From the human T2T-CHM13v2.0 reference genome, Homo sapiens: a stretch of 64,000 bases of DNA. The notes under the pieces were generated by a model. That model saw nothing but the letters and a program-made list of their open reading frames with translations, did not search any database and was not told where the DNA came from. This document shows, piece by piece, positions 13,800 to 25,709 of this stretch (position 1 is its first letter; each line of letters begins with the position of its first letter). Where the stretch lies: the NCBI RefSeq assembly GCF_009914755.1, contig NC_060932.1, one strand, 5' to 3'. A program made the translations under genes and the position numbers.

Positions 13800-16210
13800 T
13801 AAATATAGAAAAGGCAAGACAAAGGAAATATAAAAAGTAAGATAGTAAAAGCAATTCAAATATATCATAGTTACATAAATGTAAATGATTTAAAATTATT
13901 GGTTAAAAGAATAGGAACTATCATGTTCAAGCAAAGGTGTTTACAAAATCTAGTCTTATGGTGTTCTAAAAAGACATATAAAGCATAAAATAAATACACG
14001 AAACTTTAAAATAGAAAAAGATGTATAAGAAAAAAGGCCAACCCAAGAAAACCTGTAAATGATTAATTAATATCATCAGACAAAACAGAGTTAAGGCAAA
14101 AAACATTGTTGTGAATAAAGAGACTAACATATATAATACATATTATATATATATATACACACGCATGAATAAAGGCACACATATATACACATATGGCAAT
14201 ATATATTAGCCTCTTTATTCACAACAGTGTGTGCATATATATATTATATATATTAGCCTCTTTATTCAAAACATACGTGTGTGTGTATATACACACACAT
14301 ATATATTAAATCTTTAGTTCAACTTAAAAATGAGATTTGAAGTATGTATCCGTGTTATAAATTAGTCTCACTCTATATAGTGCAAATATGAAAGAATTTA
14401 TTATCCTATTATTAGATTTACGTGGCCAACCAAAGGGCGAAGAAGAGCCAAGATACTCCTGAAACATGATAAAGCAGAGTGACTTCCCTCTAAAATATCA
14501 ACATTTAGTGCATACAACTTAATTAAAATATTATGGTAGTAAGACAGGGGTAGACAATGACCACTTAAGTGCACTGGAAAATGTGCGAAGACTCATTTAT
14601 ATATGCAACCTAGATATGTAAAACAGATGGCATTACTGATCAATAAACAAAGAGAAGGCTATTCAATATGTGGTGTTAAGACCCTTGTATATCCATATTT
14701 TTAGAAAAAAAATATACAATAATTCCCTACTTTGAGAAATTCCAAAAATTAAATGTTAGATGAAATATGGAATTAAAGGTGAAAGCAAGACAGGTAGTTC
14801 TTGCTTGCATGGTAGTGCAGAATCCTAAAAGACTGAGAAAGTTGAAACTGTGCAAAATGATCATAATCAATGATAAAAGTTATAATTGTTTCATGACCTT
14901 TAAAGTTTTTCCCAAAACATTCAAACACTCTTACTCTTGTTTATAAGTGTATAGGAAAAATATACAATAAAACTAAAATTTATTTAGTACAATGTTAAGG
15001 TAAAACATGGTAACACTGAAAATTACATTGTTTTGTCTCTTTGGAAAAAAATACCTATCAAAAGCAGCTTGAACAATGTCTGCCTTGTTATTGTGTAATT
15101 GGTGGCGTGCAGCTCATGTTTTCTATGCCTTGATGAATTGCCAGAGGTTTGGATTAGCTTTCATCATTTTATCCTTTATGCTTTGAGAGTTGTAAAATAT
15201 CTATAATGGTTACATTAATGTAAAATTTTTCTTTAAGCCAATGCCATTTCCTCTGGGATGTCTTTTTGTCATCACAATCACTTTCTTCATTTACATTGAT
15301 AAGTTTGCTGTCACCAAGTTTCTCAGGCTGCACACTTAGAGTCTCTCAAATGGCAGCAGTGTCAATATTCTAATTGAGTAACTCCATTTCTGTCCATGTG
15401 AACTTCACTTACAGAGCAATTACTTTTCTTTCTTTTACTACATTTTTATAATCATTGTTCAGTATCCTTCTATGATTATGTGCTTTTTAAATGTCATGTA
15501 AGTTTATCACTGGAAAACAAGGCAACACACCCACATACCCTCTGTATGAACCTAATAAGATATGCACAGTGACAAATTATCAATGCACCTTGAAGGAAGT
15601 GATATAATTTGTCACTGATCATGGTGTGCATCTGTTATTTATAAAATTTTTTGTACTAAAAAATTACCCGTGAAGTCTTTATTTTGTACAATTGTACATA
15701 GTTAGTAAACCATGGTGACTAAAATTTAAACTATGTTGTTGGGGCACTGGTGTTACTTAACTGAACTGTGGTAACTAAAGTTTGTTCATATTAGAATCCT
15801 GAAAAGCAAGGGATGCCCATATTTTCAAATGTTTAGAAAGAAATAAAGAACATTTTTATGCTCTTGGGATATAAAATTATTTTACAAGCAAGATACCAAT
15901 ATTTCATTAAAAATCAGCAAATTTTCTATATAAAATTAAAAACTATTATGGGCTAATAGACCTCTTAAAACAGAAATAGTCACATACATAACCTTCAAAA
16001 GCTAGTTTTATAAGATAGAAATAATTAAAGTCAAACAAAGCAATAGAAAAATGTGCAAAGAACACAAATGGACATTAGAAGAAGGAACATATAGTCAATA
16101 AACAAAAAGATGTTTGTACAAAGTTAAATGTGTATAAAGATCATAATCAGACCTACTAAATTGGTAAAAATCAAAAATCTAATACCAGGTTTTATATAGG
16201 ATAATTCTTT
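13800..16210 (+). mobile_element. Highly decayed old L1 (L1ME-like) ORF2 remnants, interrupted by later insertions
   Basis: ataaatgtaaatg, atcagacaaaacagagttaaggcaaaa and ctattcaatatgtggtgt resemble L1 ORF2 DNA; A-rich strand bias. Confidence 0.5.
14791..15820 (-). mobile_element. Tigger-family (Tigger13a-like) TcMar DNA transposon
   Basis: Imperfect TIRs caggtagttcttgcttgca / gaaaagcaagggatgccc; subterminal tgttgttggggcactggtgttacttaactgaactgtggtaact. Confidence 0.65.
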
Positions 16211-16218
16211 TAAACTAT

Positions 16219-16639
16219 TAATGTGATTTGGAGGTTTGTCCTCTCTAAATCTCATGTTGAAATGCGATTCCCAGTGTTGGAAGTGGGGCCTAGTGGGAGG
16301 TGACTGGATCATGGGGGTGGATGCCTCATGAAGGGCTTAGCACCATTCCCTTGGTGATAAATGAGTTCTTGCTTAGTTAGTTCACATGAGATCTGGTTGT
16401 TTAAAAGTCTGGGACCTCCCGCTCTCTCTCTCTCACCCCCTCTCTCACCATGTGATATGCTGGTTCCCCCTTTGCCTTAGCCATGATTGGAAGCTTTCTG
16501 TGGCCCTTACCAGAAGCCAAGCGATATCAACACAATGGTTCTGCAGCCAGCAGAACCAAGAGCCAATTAAACCTCCACTCTTTATAAATTACCCAACCTC
16601 AAGTGTTTCTTTATAGTGATGCAAAAATGGCCTAACACA
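16219..16639 (+). mobile_element. MSTA/MSTB solo LTR
   Basis: aaatctcatgttgaaatg...ggatcatgggggtggat...aattaaacctc...ctaacaca; 5-bp TSD actat at 16214-16218 and 16640-16644. Confidence 0.9.
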
Positions 16640-16689
16640 ACTATTGAGCATTATCTCATGAAAACTGAATTTTTGCATACTCAACTTTT

Positions 16690-17575
16690 CTGTCTGGAAA
16701 AACCTTTATGTCGTTGTTCTTTTAAAGACATTTTTGCTGGGTAAAAAATTCTAAGTTGACATTTATAGTTTTTTTTTTTTCAGTACTATAAGATGTTGTT
16801 CTACTGTCTTCTAGAATTCATTGTTTCTGATGAGAAAACTGCAGTCAACCTGATCCTTTTTTCTCTATATAAAAAGGTATCTTTTTTTACATTGTTGCTT
16901 TTAAGATTTTCTCTATATCACTAGCTTTAAGCATTTGATTATACTGTGCTTTGGTGTAGTTTCCTTCATGTTTCTTCTGTTTGGGGTTTGTTGAGTTTTT
17001 GGAATTATGCGTTCATATGTTTCATCAATTTTGGACATTCTTCAGCTGTTATTTTTCAATGTTTTTTTTTTATCCTTCCCCTCTCTGCTTTCCTTTGAGG
17101 ATTCCAATTGCACATATATTTAGCCACCTTAAATTGTTTCACATCTCACTGATGCCCTGGGCTTTTGTTGGTGTTGTTGGTACTGTTTATATGTTCATTT
17201 TTATATACTTTTCTCACAGAGTTTTATTTTGGATAGTTTCCATTGTTATGGATTCAAGTTCACTAATCTTCCTTATGCATTGTCTAATCTATCATCAAAC
17301 ATATCCAATGTATTTTTAGAAATCTAAGATATTGTATTTTTCAACTCCAGATAGATCTGGGTAATTTTTACATCTCTCATGCCTTCACATCACATGCTCA
17401 ATTTTTCCTTTAGCTTCTTAAACTAACAGGTTGCAGCCAAAATAACTATTTTAATGTCATTAACTATAAATTCTGTTAACATGTGTCATTTCTGAGTCAT
17501 TTTCTAATGATTTTTTTTTCATATTGTAGGTTGTAATTTCTGTTTCTTTTCATCCTGATACATTTTTATTAGATG
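16690..17575 (-). mobile_element. Old L1 (L1MC/L1ME) ORF1-region fragment
   Basis: T-rich antisense L1 motifs (tttttgctgggta..aattcta.gttgaca, cattgtttctgatgagaa, ttttaagattttctct). Confidence 0.75.
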
Positions 17576-17577
17576 CC

Positions 17578-17637
17578 TGGGATTATGGGAACTACAGTTC
17601 AAGAGGAGATATGGGTAGGGACACAGCCAAGCCATAT
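17578..17637 (-). mobile_element. ~60-bp 5' fragment of a THE1 LTR
   Basis: Reverse complement of atatggcttggctgtgtccctacccatatctcctcttgaactgtagttcccataatccca. Confidence 0.75.
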
Positions 17638-17905
17638 GAGTTGTTAATCCCTCCTTTGTTTACTCTAAAAATACTGATATATTTATTAAAAGAATCAAAT
17701 ACTAGGGCAAGTGATCATTAACGCTATTCACCGAATACTTTCGGCTCCCTGTCTTCCTGGTATAGAGCAGGATTTCAATTTTCCATACACACTGAAGATA
17801 GAGCCATGTGACAAGTTCTGCCAATGATTTCAGAGCCAAATATTTTAATTTGCTGCAGAGAGACACTGTAAGATGTACTATACTTTATGTTTGCTGCTGC
17901 CTACA

Positions 17906-18032
17906 AGTCATGGATTGAATTGTGTCCCCACTCCCTCAAATTCACATGTTGAATCCCAACCCCAGTTGCTCAGAATGTGGTCTTATTTGAAGATTGGGCC
18001 ATTACAGAGGTAATCAAGTTAAAGTGAAGTCA
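17906..18032 (+). mobile_element. MLT1B/C LTR 5' fragment
   Basis: atggattgaattgtgtcccc...aaattcacatgttgaa...cagaatgtggtcttatttg...gtaatcaagttaaa. Confidence 0.75.
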
Positions 18033-18254
18033 GGAAATGCAGTGAGGCACACTCATTCATAAAAATGCATGCATGTGTGCTCACCACACACATACATACA
18101 CATCCACGTGTGTGCCAGAAGCGCAAACTTTGAGATCTGAAGCTCAGTGGTGACCTTAAAAACTTTCAGTATTCTCATTATAAAATATCTAAGGAATGGT
18201 TTTGGCTCTTGTTATGGAGGCCTCCCAGTGATATTTTTAAAGCTATTCCATATC

Positions 18255-18790
18255 TTTTTTATTATGGAGATTTATCTTGCATAAATTAAAATGTACAGAA
18301 CTTACATGTACTGTTTGAGATTTGAAAAATTTTACCCATCAATATTATCATCCCTCATTAATATATAGAATGTTTGCATAACTGCAGAGTGTTTCTCATG
18401 CCCTTTTCTCCACAGTACCGCCTCCCCTGGGGGAAGCACTGTTCTGATATTTTTATCCCTACAGATTAATCTTGGCAACTTAAGCTTCATATGAATGGAA
18501 CAATGTCTTATATATCTTTAGTGTCTGGCCTTTGTTGATCAACCTAATATTTCTGGGATTTTTCACTCATGTTATTGCTAAGAAGTGCACCTTCATATGA
18601 ATAGGTTACAATTTGTTGATTCACTATCCTGTGATAGACATTTTATTTCTTTCCAATTTGGGGCTATTATGAATTGATCTACTTTGAAGATTCATACACA
18701 TCTTTTTGTGGACATATGCTTTCATATCTTTCGAGACGGTACCTAGCCGTGAAGTCGCTGGGCAAATACACTTGTATAAAACTCCTTTTT
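18255..18790 (-). mobile_element. L1ME-type 3' end
   Basis: Antisense L1 3' UTR and ORF2 tail (ttccaatttgggggctattatgaat, tttttgtggacatatgctttcat). Confidence 0.72.
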
Positions 18791-19368
18791 CAGAACTTGG
18801 CATCATCTGGAGTTGGATGTTATTGCTTAAAAACCATAAACCCTTATTAATGTAAAATATTTATTAGAGTACTCCAGTATTTAAACAAGAAGCACTACTA
18901 ATCTCATAATTAGGTTGGATAAAAATATTTTATTTAGTCCAACATTTTATGATTATCTGGTTAGGTTTGGAGATGGCATACATATTTTGGTCAAGCGTGA
19001 TCGTATTCACTTAAAAATAAAGGACTACTTAAGATTTTTTTAACAAAAGGTATTATATAACATTAGAAAACATACCGGGGTCTCCATCTATCTGGGTTTT
19101 ATAATTTACTAATGGCAGTGATATACAGATAAAGTTTTTTACAGTTATGAAATATTAAATAGCAATACACATATTTTACCAGGAAGAATATGATTCATTG
19201 CTAAAGCAGTGGTATACTGAGTGGATGAGTGGTAAATTAAAAAAAAAAAAAAGTCATTATAGATATCTTTAGGAATAGTTTTCAAGGAACTATTAAGAAT
19301 TGTGCTGGAATTTTATTGGAGCTGGATAGACATGAGGAAACATATGAGAAATTAAAAAATGCTGTGGA

Positions 19369-19660
19369 GGCTGGGTGCGGTGGCTCAGGCCTGTAATCCC
19401 AGCACTTTGGGAGGCCAAGGCGGGCCAATTACCTGAGGTCAGTAGTTTAAGACCAGCCTGACCAACATGGAGAAACCCTATCTCTACTAAAAATACAAAA
19501 TTAGCCAGGCGTAATGGCGCATGCCTGTAATCCCAGCTATGTGGGAGGCTGAGGCAGGAGAACTGCTTGAACCTGGGAGGCGGAGGTTGCAGTGAGCCTA
19601 GAACACACCACTGCACTTCAGCCTGGGCAACAGGTGTGAAACTCTGTATAAAAAAAAAAA
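19369..19660 (+). mobile_element. AluSp
   Basis: Diagnostic ctgaccaacatggagaaacc and aaaatacaaaattagc; TSD aaaatgctgtgga / aaagtgctgttga. Confidence 0.93.
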
Positions 19661-21232
19661 GTGCTGTTGACACATTCATAGAAGCAAGTAGAGCATTTTT
19701 CTAAGAAAAATAAAGAGAACAGTTAATATCGCTAAAAGTAAGAAGAATGAGGATTTAAAGATAAGTTGACTTCATAATGTCAAGACACAGAAGCTTGAAT
19801 TAACCCTAAGAAAATTTTTCGTACTTTATTACTATCTATAGTAGGCCAAAAAAAGGATTGAAGATTTTTGAACAGTGCTTTTATCATGACCCTCTTCTAG
19901 AGGTTGCTTTCTAAAATGCTATTTGTAGAAGTATTTGCTATAGCTTAACATACATAATAAATGATTGCTGCTATAAGACATTGTTACTAATTAATTGATA
20001 TCCAGCATATGATTATTACAAGTGGTAACTAAGAATGCGTCTGTGGGACACTGCAATCCTCACTACCTTCTGCATTCATAACATCTGAAGTAGTTGAGAC
20101 CCTTGCACTGTCTGCTGCTCATGTCCAGACTGACTCCATTCCTCGAAGAGTTCATTATTCCCCATTCTCCCCATTATCAAAAGCATCTTTGCTTTCTTTT
20201 CTTCCTTCAGTTAGGTCACATAAACCTTGCAAAAACAGTTCAGTATAAAATAGATTTAACTAAAGCTACTATTTGACTTGTAGGAAAAAATCAACACAGA
20301 TAAAACAGTCTCATATTTTGAATGTATTATTTTTTAACTGACTGATGGTATACATGGCCTTTTTACTACTCTGAAAGCCATGTCTCAGTGCTTCACAACT
20401 GTACTTCAAATGTAGCTAGCTGATGATGTACACAAACCATTCAGACTCTGATCATTCTTTTGGAGATAAAGTGAACTTAAGCATTACTGTTTCATCATAG
20501 CCCAAAATAGAATAAAATGATAAATTAACAGGATGGCTTTAATAAATGGGATAATTTAAACTGCATCCTACCCACAATTCTGAATGTAACAGGAATCTTG
20601 TTTGAACTTAGCTTTATCTGTACATTAATAGGATGTTCAGTATATCTGGACATAATTTGGAAGCCTGATGGTACCAGACTGATATAATTCTATTCATATG
20701 ATGGCAAAGATTCTCTTGGATATGTACTGGGTTCTAGACATCTGAAACCATGTGTCAGAAAACTGATAGAATGAATGAGCTTACTGAAGTCTATTTATGT
20801 GGGTGACTGCATGTTTCCTACGAAAATTTTGGTCTAAAAAATTTTGGAAGAAGTTGCCAAGCAAAATAACATTAAGTCAGGAATAGATTCTTAGTAATCA
20901 AAAGTGGAAGAGTCTTTGTAGTTTATAGTTCCTGTTGCTTTAACTTGGCTTTGGTCTTGCCCCTGTATGCATGTAAGGGACTATTAAAAACATTTCAAAA
21001 AAGCTATTTCTAAATTATTCGGGGAAAAGCAACACTACTTTGAAAGAGTTTAATCCACATTATAGGAACGATTATCCCATTGTCCCCTGCTGATTCAAGC
21101 CAGCAAACTACAGTTGTATGATGTGACGTCATTTGAACCTGGAGCTCTGAAAAATTGTTTTGCATTTTTCATTCAAAATTACAATGTATTTGAATGACTC
21201 TTTCATTCTGCCCCTTTAAGACTTCACTACAT

Positions 21233-21685
21233 CCCGTGTCTTTGCTATTGTGAAAAGTGGTGCAAGGAACATATGCATGCATGTATCTTTATAAGAGAAT
21301 GATTTATATTCCTTTAGGTATATACCCAGTAACGGGATTGCTAGGTTAAATGGTATTTGTGCCTAGACCTTGACAGAGCTGAAGCCATTATCCTCAGCAA
21401 ACTAACACAGGAACAGAAAACCAAACACAGCATATTCGCACTTATAAGTGGTAGGTGAACCAATGAGAACTGATAGGCACATGGTGGGGAACAAGGCACA
21501 CTGATGCCTGTTGAGTGGGGTGGGGGTAGGGTAGGCACCAGGAAGAATAGCTAATGGATGCTGGGCTAATACCAAGGTGATGGGTTGATCTGTGCCACAA
21601 ACCACCATGGCACACGTTTACCTATGTAACAAACCTGCACAACCTGCATGTGTACCCCAGAACTTAAAAGCTGAAGGAAAAAGAA
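21233..21685 (+). mobile_element. Short L1PA (PA10-13-like) with 5' inversion: 21233-~21372 antisense, ~21373-21685 sense 3' end
   Basis: Antisense ORF2 piece abuts sense gaagccattatcctcagcaaactaac...gaacttaaaa; 15-bp TSD aagacttcacta(c/g)at at 21218-21232 and 21686-21700. Confidence 0.9.
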
Positions 21686-22287
21686 AAGACTTCACTAGAT
21701 CTTTCTTATTTAAATTATGAATAAAAAGACAAGAAATTGGTGAATGAAATACCTGGACTTTGTGCACTCTCTGGTTATTCCTTGTTATTTGACTTTTAAT
21801 ATCTGAAGCTCCTCCTGCCAAGACTGCTTTCCTAGGCCTGATCTTGGCTCTATTCCTAAAGCCCCATTTGGACTACATGCTAGTAAGAGCCCACCAGGAA
21901 GGTACTTCTCTTCATCATAGCCTCAGAATCACCTACATTTGTGAACAGCATCCTTTACCTTCTACTGAAGCAGAGGACAGATTTTTTTTTCCATAAATTG
22001 ATCTTTACATCTTGGCTAATGGTTTCAGCAAGACAGTGCAGCTACTAGTTAATTACTGAAACAAGAATGACCCCTTCCCTATTGGGGAAAGATTTCTGCT
22101 TTTCAGTGAGATATGTTTTGAGTAGTGATCCACATGAAATGGCGCATAAGAAAGAACCAAAATAATTGAAGTCACCCTGGTAATCAATAGGATGTCACAT
22201 GCCCCTTTATATATAATTTGTTACTGAATCTTACTTCATACCTTTTAATCATGAACATTTTGTTGTTGTTAAATTTGGTAGGTATAA

Positions 22288-22495
22288 TACTAATAATAGC
22301 TAATATTTACTATGTACTTATTATACATCAGGTACTGTGCTACATTCTTATAACTTATTGTAACTTTACAACTGTAAGAGCCCACTGTTTCCACTTGTAA
22401 GGATCAGACACCTAGAAGAACTGAGTAGATTGCCAAATTTTTAATTCTGAGACCCAAAAGTAACACTCTGTATCTTCAAATCCATGTTCTTTATC
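22288..22495 (-). mobile_element. MIR
   Basis: taataatagctaatatttact.tgtactta.tat..atcaggtactgtgcta. Confidence 0.65.
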
Positions 22496-25400
22496 ACCTC
22501 GTTGTAAGTTAAATACCACTTACTTAGTAAAAATGTTACTTACAAAATTGTGAGGTGCCCATAATTGTTTCTCGAATGGAATTTCCCATTCTAAGGGAAC
22601 TACCTATTAACTAAAATTGTCTCATCAATAATGCAAACTGTGATAATAAAGAATAAGGGTAAGAAAAAATTAAAATACTAACAAAAGGCTTCCTTTCATG
22701 CTCTAATATTGTTCTCTAAGGCACAAAGAATTATCTAAAACACCCAGGGAAAAACGCAGGAATAAAAATAATAAAAATCTCTTTCATCTATTTTTCTTTT
22801 GCCTTTTTTTGTTTGTAATGTTCCTATGTCCTATCTTCCTCAAAGTGACTGTGTGTTTCTCGCAATTCATAGACAGAACACATATCAAGAAAAACAACTG
22901 TGACAACTTCAAAAAAGCAACCTCTAAAAAAAAATCACAAGGCAATATTTTTAAATTTCATTGAAACTCAGTGTGCATGTCAGATGAAAGTTCAGATATG
23001 GTAGGACACTGACAATAAAGTTCTTATTTAATTCAATACATATTTACCAAGTGGCTATGTTACAGCAGTTCAGTTTCTTGTTCTGTCATAACGTAAGCCA
23101 ATGGAAGTTCTGGGTCGGGGGGTACTCTGCTACCGGGCAACAATAATGAAGATGAAGTACTGAAACTAGCTTGATTTAAAAGCTTATGTATATTTTGCTC
23201 TATTTTGTAGAATTTTTTGTCATGGCCACTTAAAATATAAAATAGTTATTCCTCTGTAGAAAGATGAGAATATGGCACCCAACCAATGCATTGTAGGGGA
23301 TCATGGAGTCTAGAGTTGGAGACGCTCTTATGTCTTGACATAAGAGGACATCATTCTGGGTTTTTCACCATTTTTTCTAAAGCATTGACTTTTGTAGGTT
23401 TTATTTCAAACAATGGCTTTCAGAATAGGCTTCTTGAAGCTTTCATTCTTAATGTTTTTCATGTATACAAGAGTACTCTTAAACATTCATTCATGTCTTC
23501 AAAATGAGATTTCATTACAACCATTTTAGTTTTTTCCTTCCCAAAAATCCCTTCATAGTCATATTATATTGGCCAAAAAATTCCTAACAATTTTAGCAAG
23601 GACATATCATAATAAAGATGACAAATTTCTTATACATATTAATGAGAGACCATAAAATATTTAAGCTCCAAAATTAATTACTGTATTTTACAAGAAGATA
23701 GAAGTTTGAAGAAATGAAGTAAATATTACCTTAATAATATACTTTATATTACAAAATATATATCTTTTCCTCTGTAATTCTCAACAAAATGGTCATAGAC
23801 TTTTGCCAAATATGATTATTTCCATATGAATGTGTTTCACTTAAGTTATCTCCTTTGCATCCATAAGCAGTAGGCTATTAAGCAGAATGCTAATTATTAT
23901 TTCTAGCTGGAGATGTTCAATACTTCTTCCCACTTACAAAAATAGCATATTGTACAGTTTGATTAAAATCTCATTTTTGTTACTTTTTCATCACCTTAGC
24001 AATTTGGTATGTGAGAAAAAAGTATATTTCAACAAACAGTTACATCTTCGCAAATTCTACCCATTTGTTGCCCTTGGACATTTTATCAGACAATAAATAC
24101 AGTGGTGTGATTGCAGCTTTGGGGTTTTAATGCTGAAATGTAAGCTCTTTTGTTTATTTAACTTATAGGTATTATTTATGGTACAGTTTTCCAAGAGTTC
24201 ACTGAAACATTTTGACAACATAATTAATTAAAATTGAGACTAAGGAAATAACTATTATCAGCAGGTGGTATTTACCCTGAGCCAAAGAATTTACCCATTT
24301 TGTGACTAGCCACCAGAAAACACAATCCAGCTTTGTTTTAAGGAAAGGTTAATTTAGCAGCAGCCACATTTACCTTGTCTTTGAGAAGCACAACCGTTGA
24401 TAGAATCCTACATCATGCTGTTCAGCAAATGAAAGCATCTCCTATTTTATATGATTATAGGGAACGAGGCTCTACTTGTTCAATATGAGTCCACAAACAC
24501 TAAGTACTTTACTTAATAGATTTGGCAAGCATGAATATCTGGGGAAAGCTTAAGAGAAACATTCAAGTAAAAAAAAAGATGCAAAACCAAATCTTTTCTG
24601 ACTATTCAAAAACCTTTGCCCCATTTGAGGGTTTGGAGTGAGAAATGTTTATTCTCTGGAATTCATGAGGTCTGGCCTGGACCAGAGATCCAGCAATAAT
24701 AAAGTCATGTTACCCAACACTTACACAAGCATGATTAAATGCTATAAGGTAGGAGAAAATTAGTAAATATAAGTTAAAGTTGTTATATTCTTTTAAAATA
24801 TATATATCTCGAAGTGTTTATGGCCTACGTATAAGCTCCATGTAGTGGTATCCAGTTACGGTAGACAAAAATGAATTTTTTTCAGGCAATGTTTTACTCA
24901 GTCTTTCAAAGCATTGCAAGCATAAAACCCAAATAGCGTTACCAAACTCTGAGACATTTCTCTTCATTCTTTATTGAAAAATGAAATAAAGCTACAAGCA
25001 GCGAGATAATCAACAAGGAATCAGCAGTGAATTTAAATGTGTTTACATTTAAATTGATCATGTTAGTTAAATCTTCCAGCGTATGTGTGGCAATACATAA
25101 GCAACAATTTGCAATGTTTACTGAAATTTGCATTTTTACATTCTTTCATCAAAACCGATTCATGAAGCTAAATTTTAAATACAGTTTTGAAATCCTTTAT
25201 CTCTCAAATAAAAGAGTTCATGACTTGTGGAATTTTAATGTTTTCTAAAGATCTATTCAGATAAATTGTGGAGGAGTTACGTGAAAAAGGAAGGTGAAGA
25301 AATACAACTGTCAGTAGGTACCTACAGTAGGATTATGATTGTTCCAGTTCTTGTCTTTCCAATTTGCTCAGGTAGATTCTATAACTATTTAAAATGATTA

Positions 25401-25709
25401 TGGGCTGTGGTAATTTTAGACTATTCTGTCTTGCCCTCAAAAAGTATCTGTTTGTTGAAAATAAAGAATGAAGAAACCACCCTACTATATGAGAGACTTT
25501 GTGAAGATTCAAATAAAACGTACTCGTTTCTGAAGGATAATTTTAGTCATAGAGGAAGAAATGCCCTAAAATACAATATACATTTTTATCTCCTGGTTCT
25601 TGTAATCTGCTGCCTCTGCTCCCTGAACAGCATGGTGCCCCTGCTTAGAATACTTCCCCGCCTTCAGCCTGCCCCTATGCCAACATGGATGCTCACATAA
25701 TCGTTCTGC

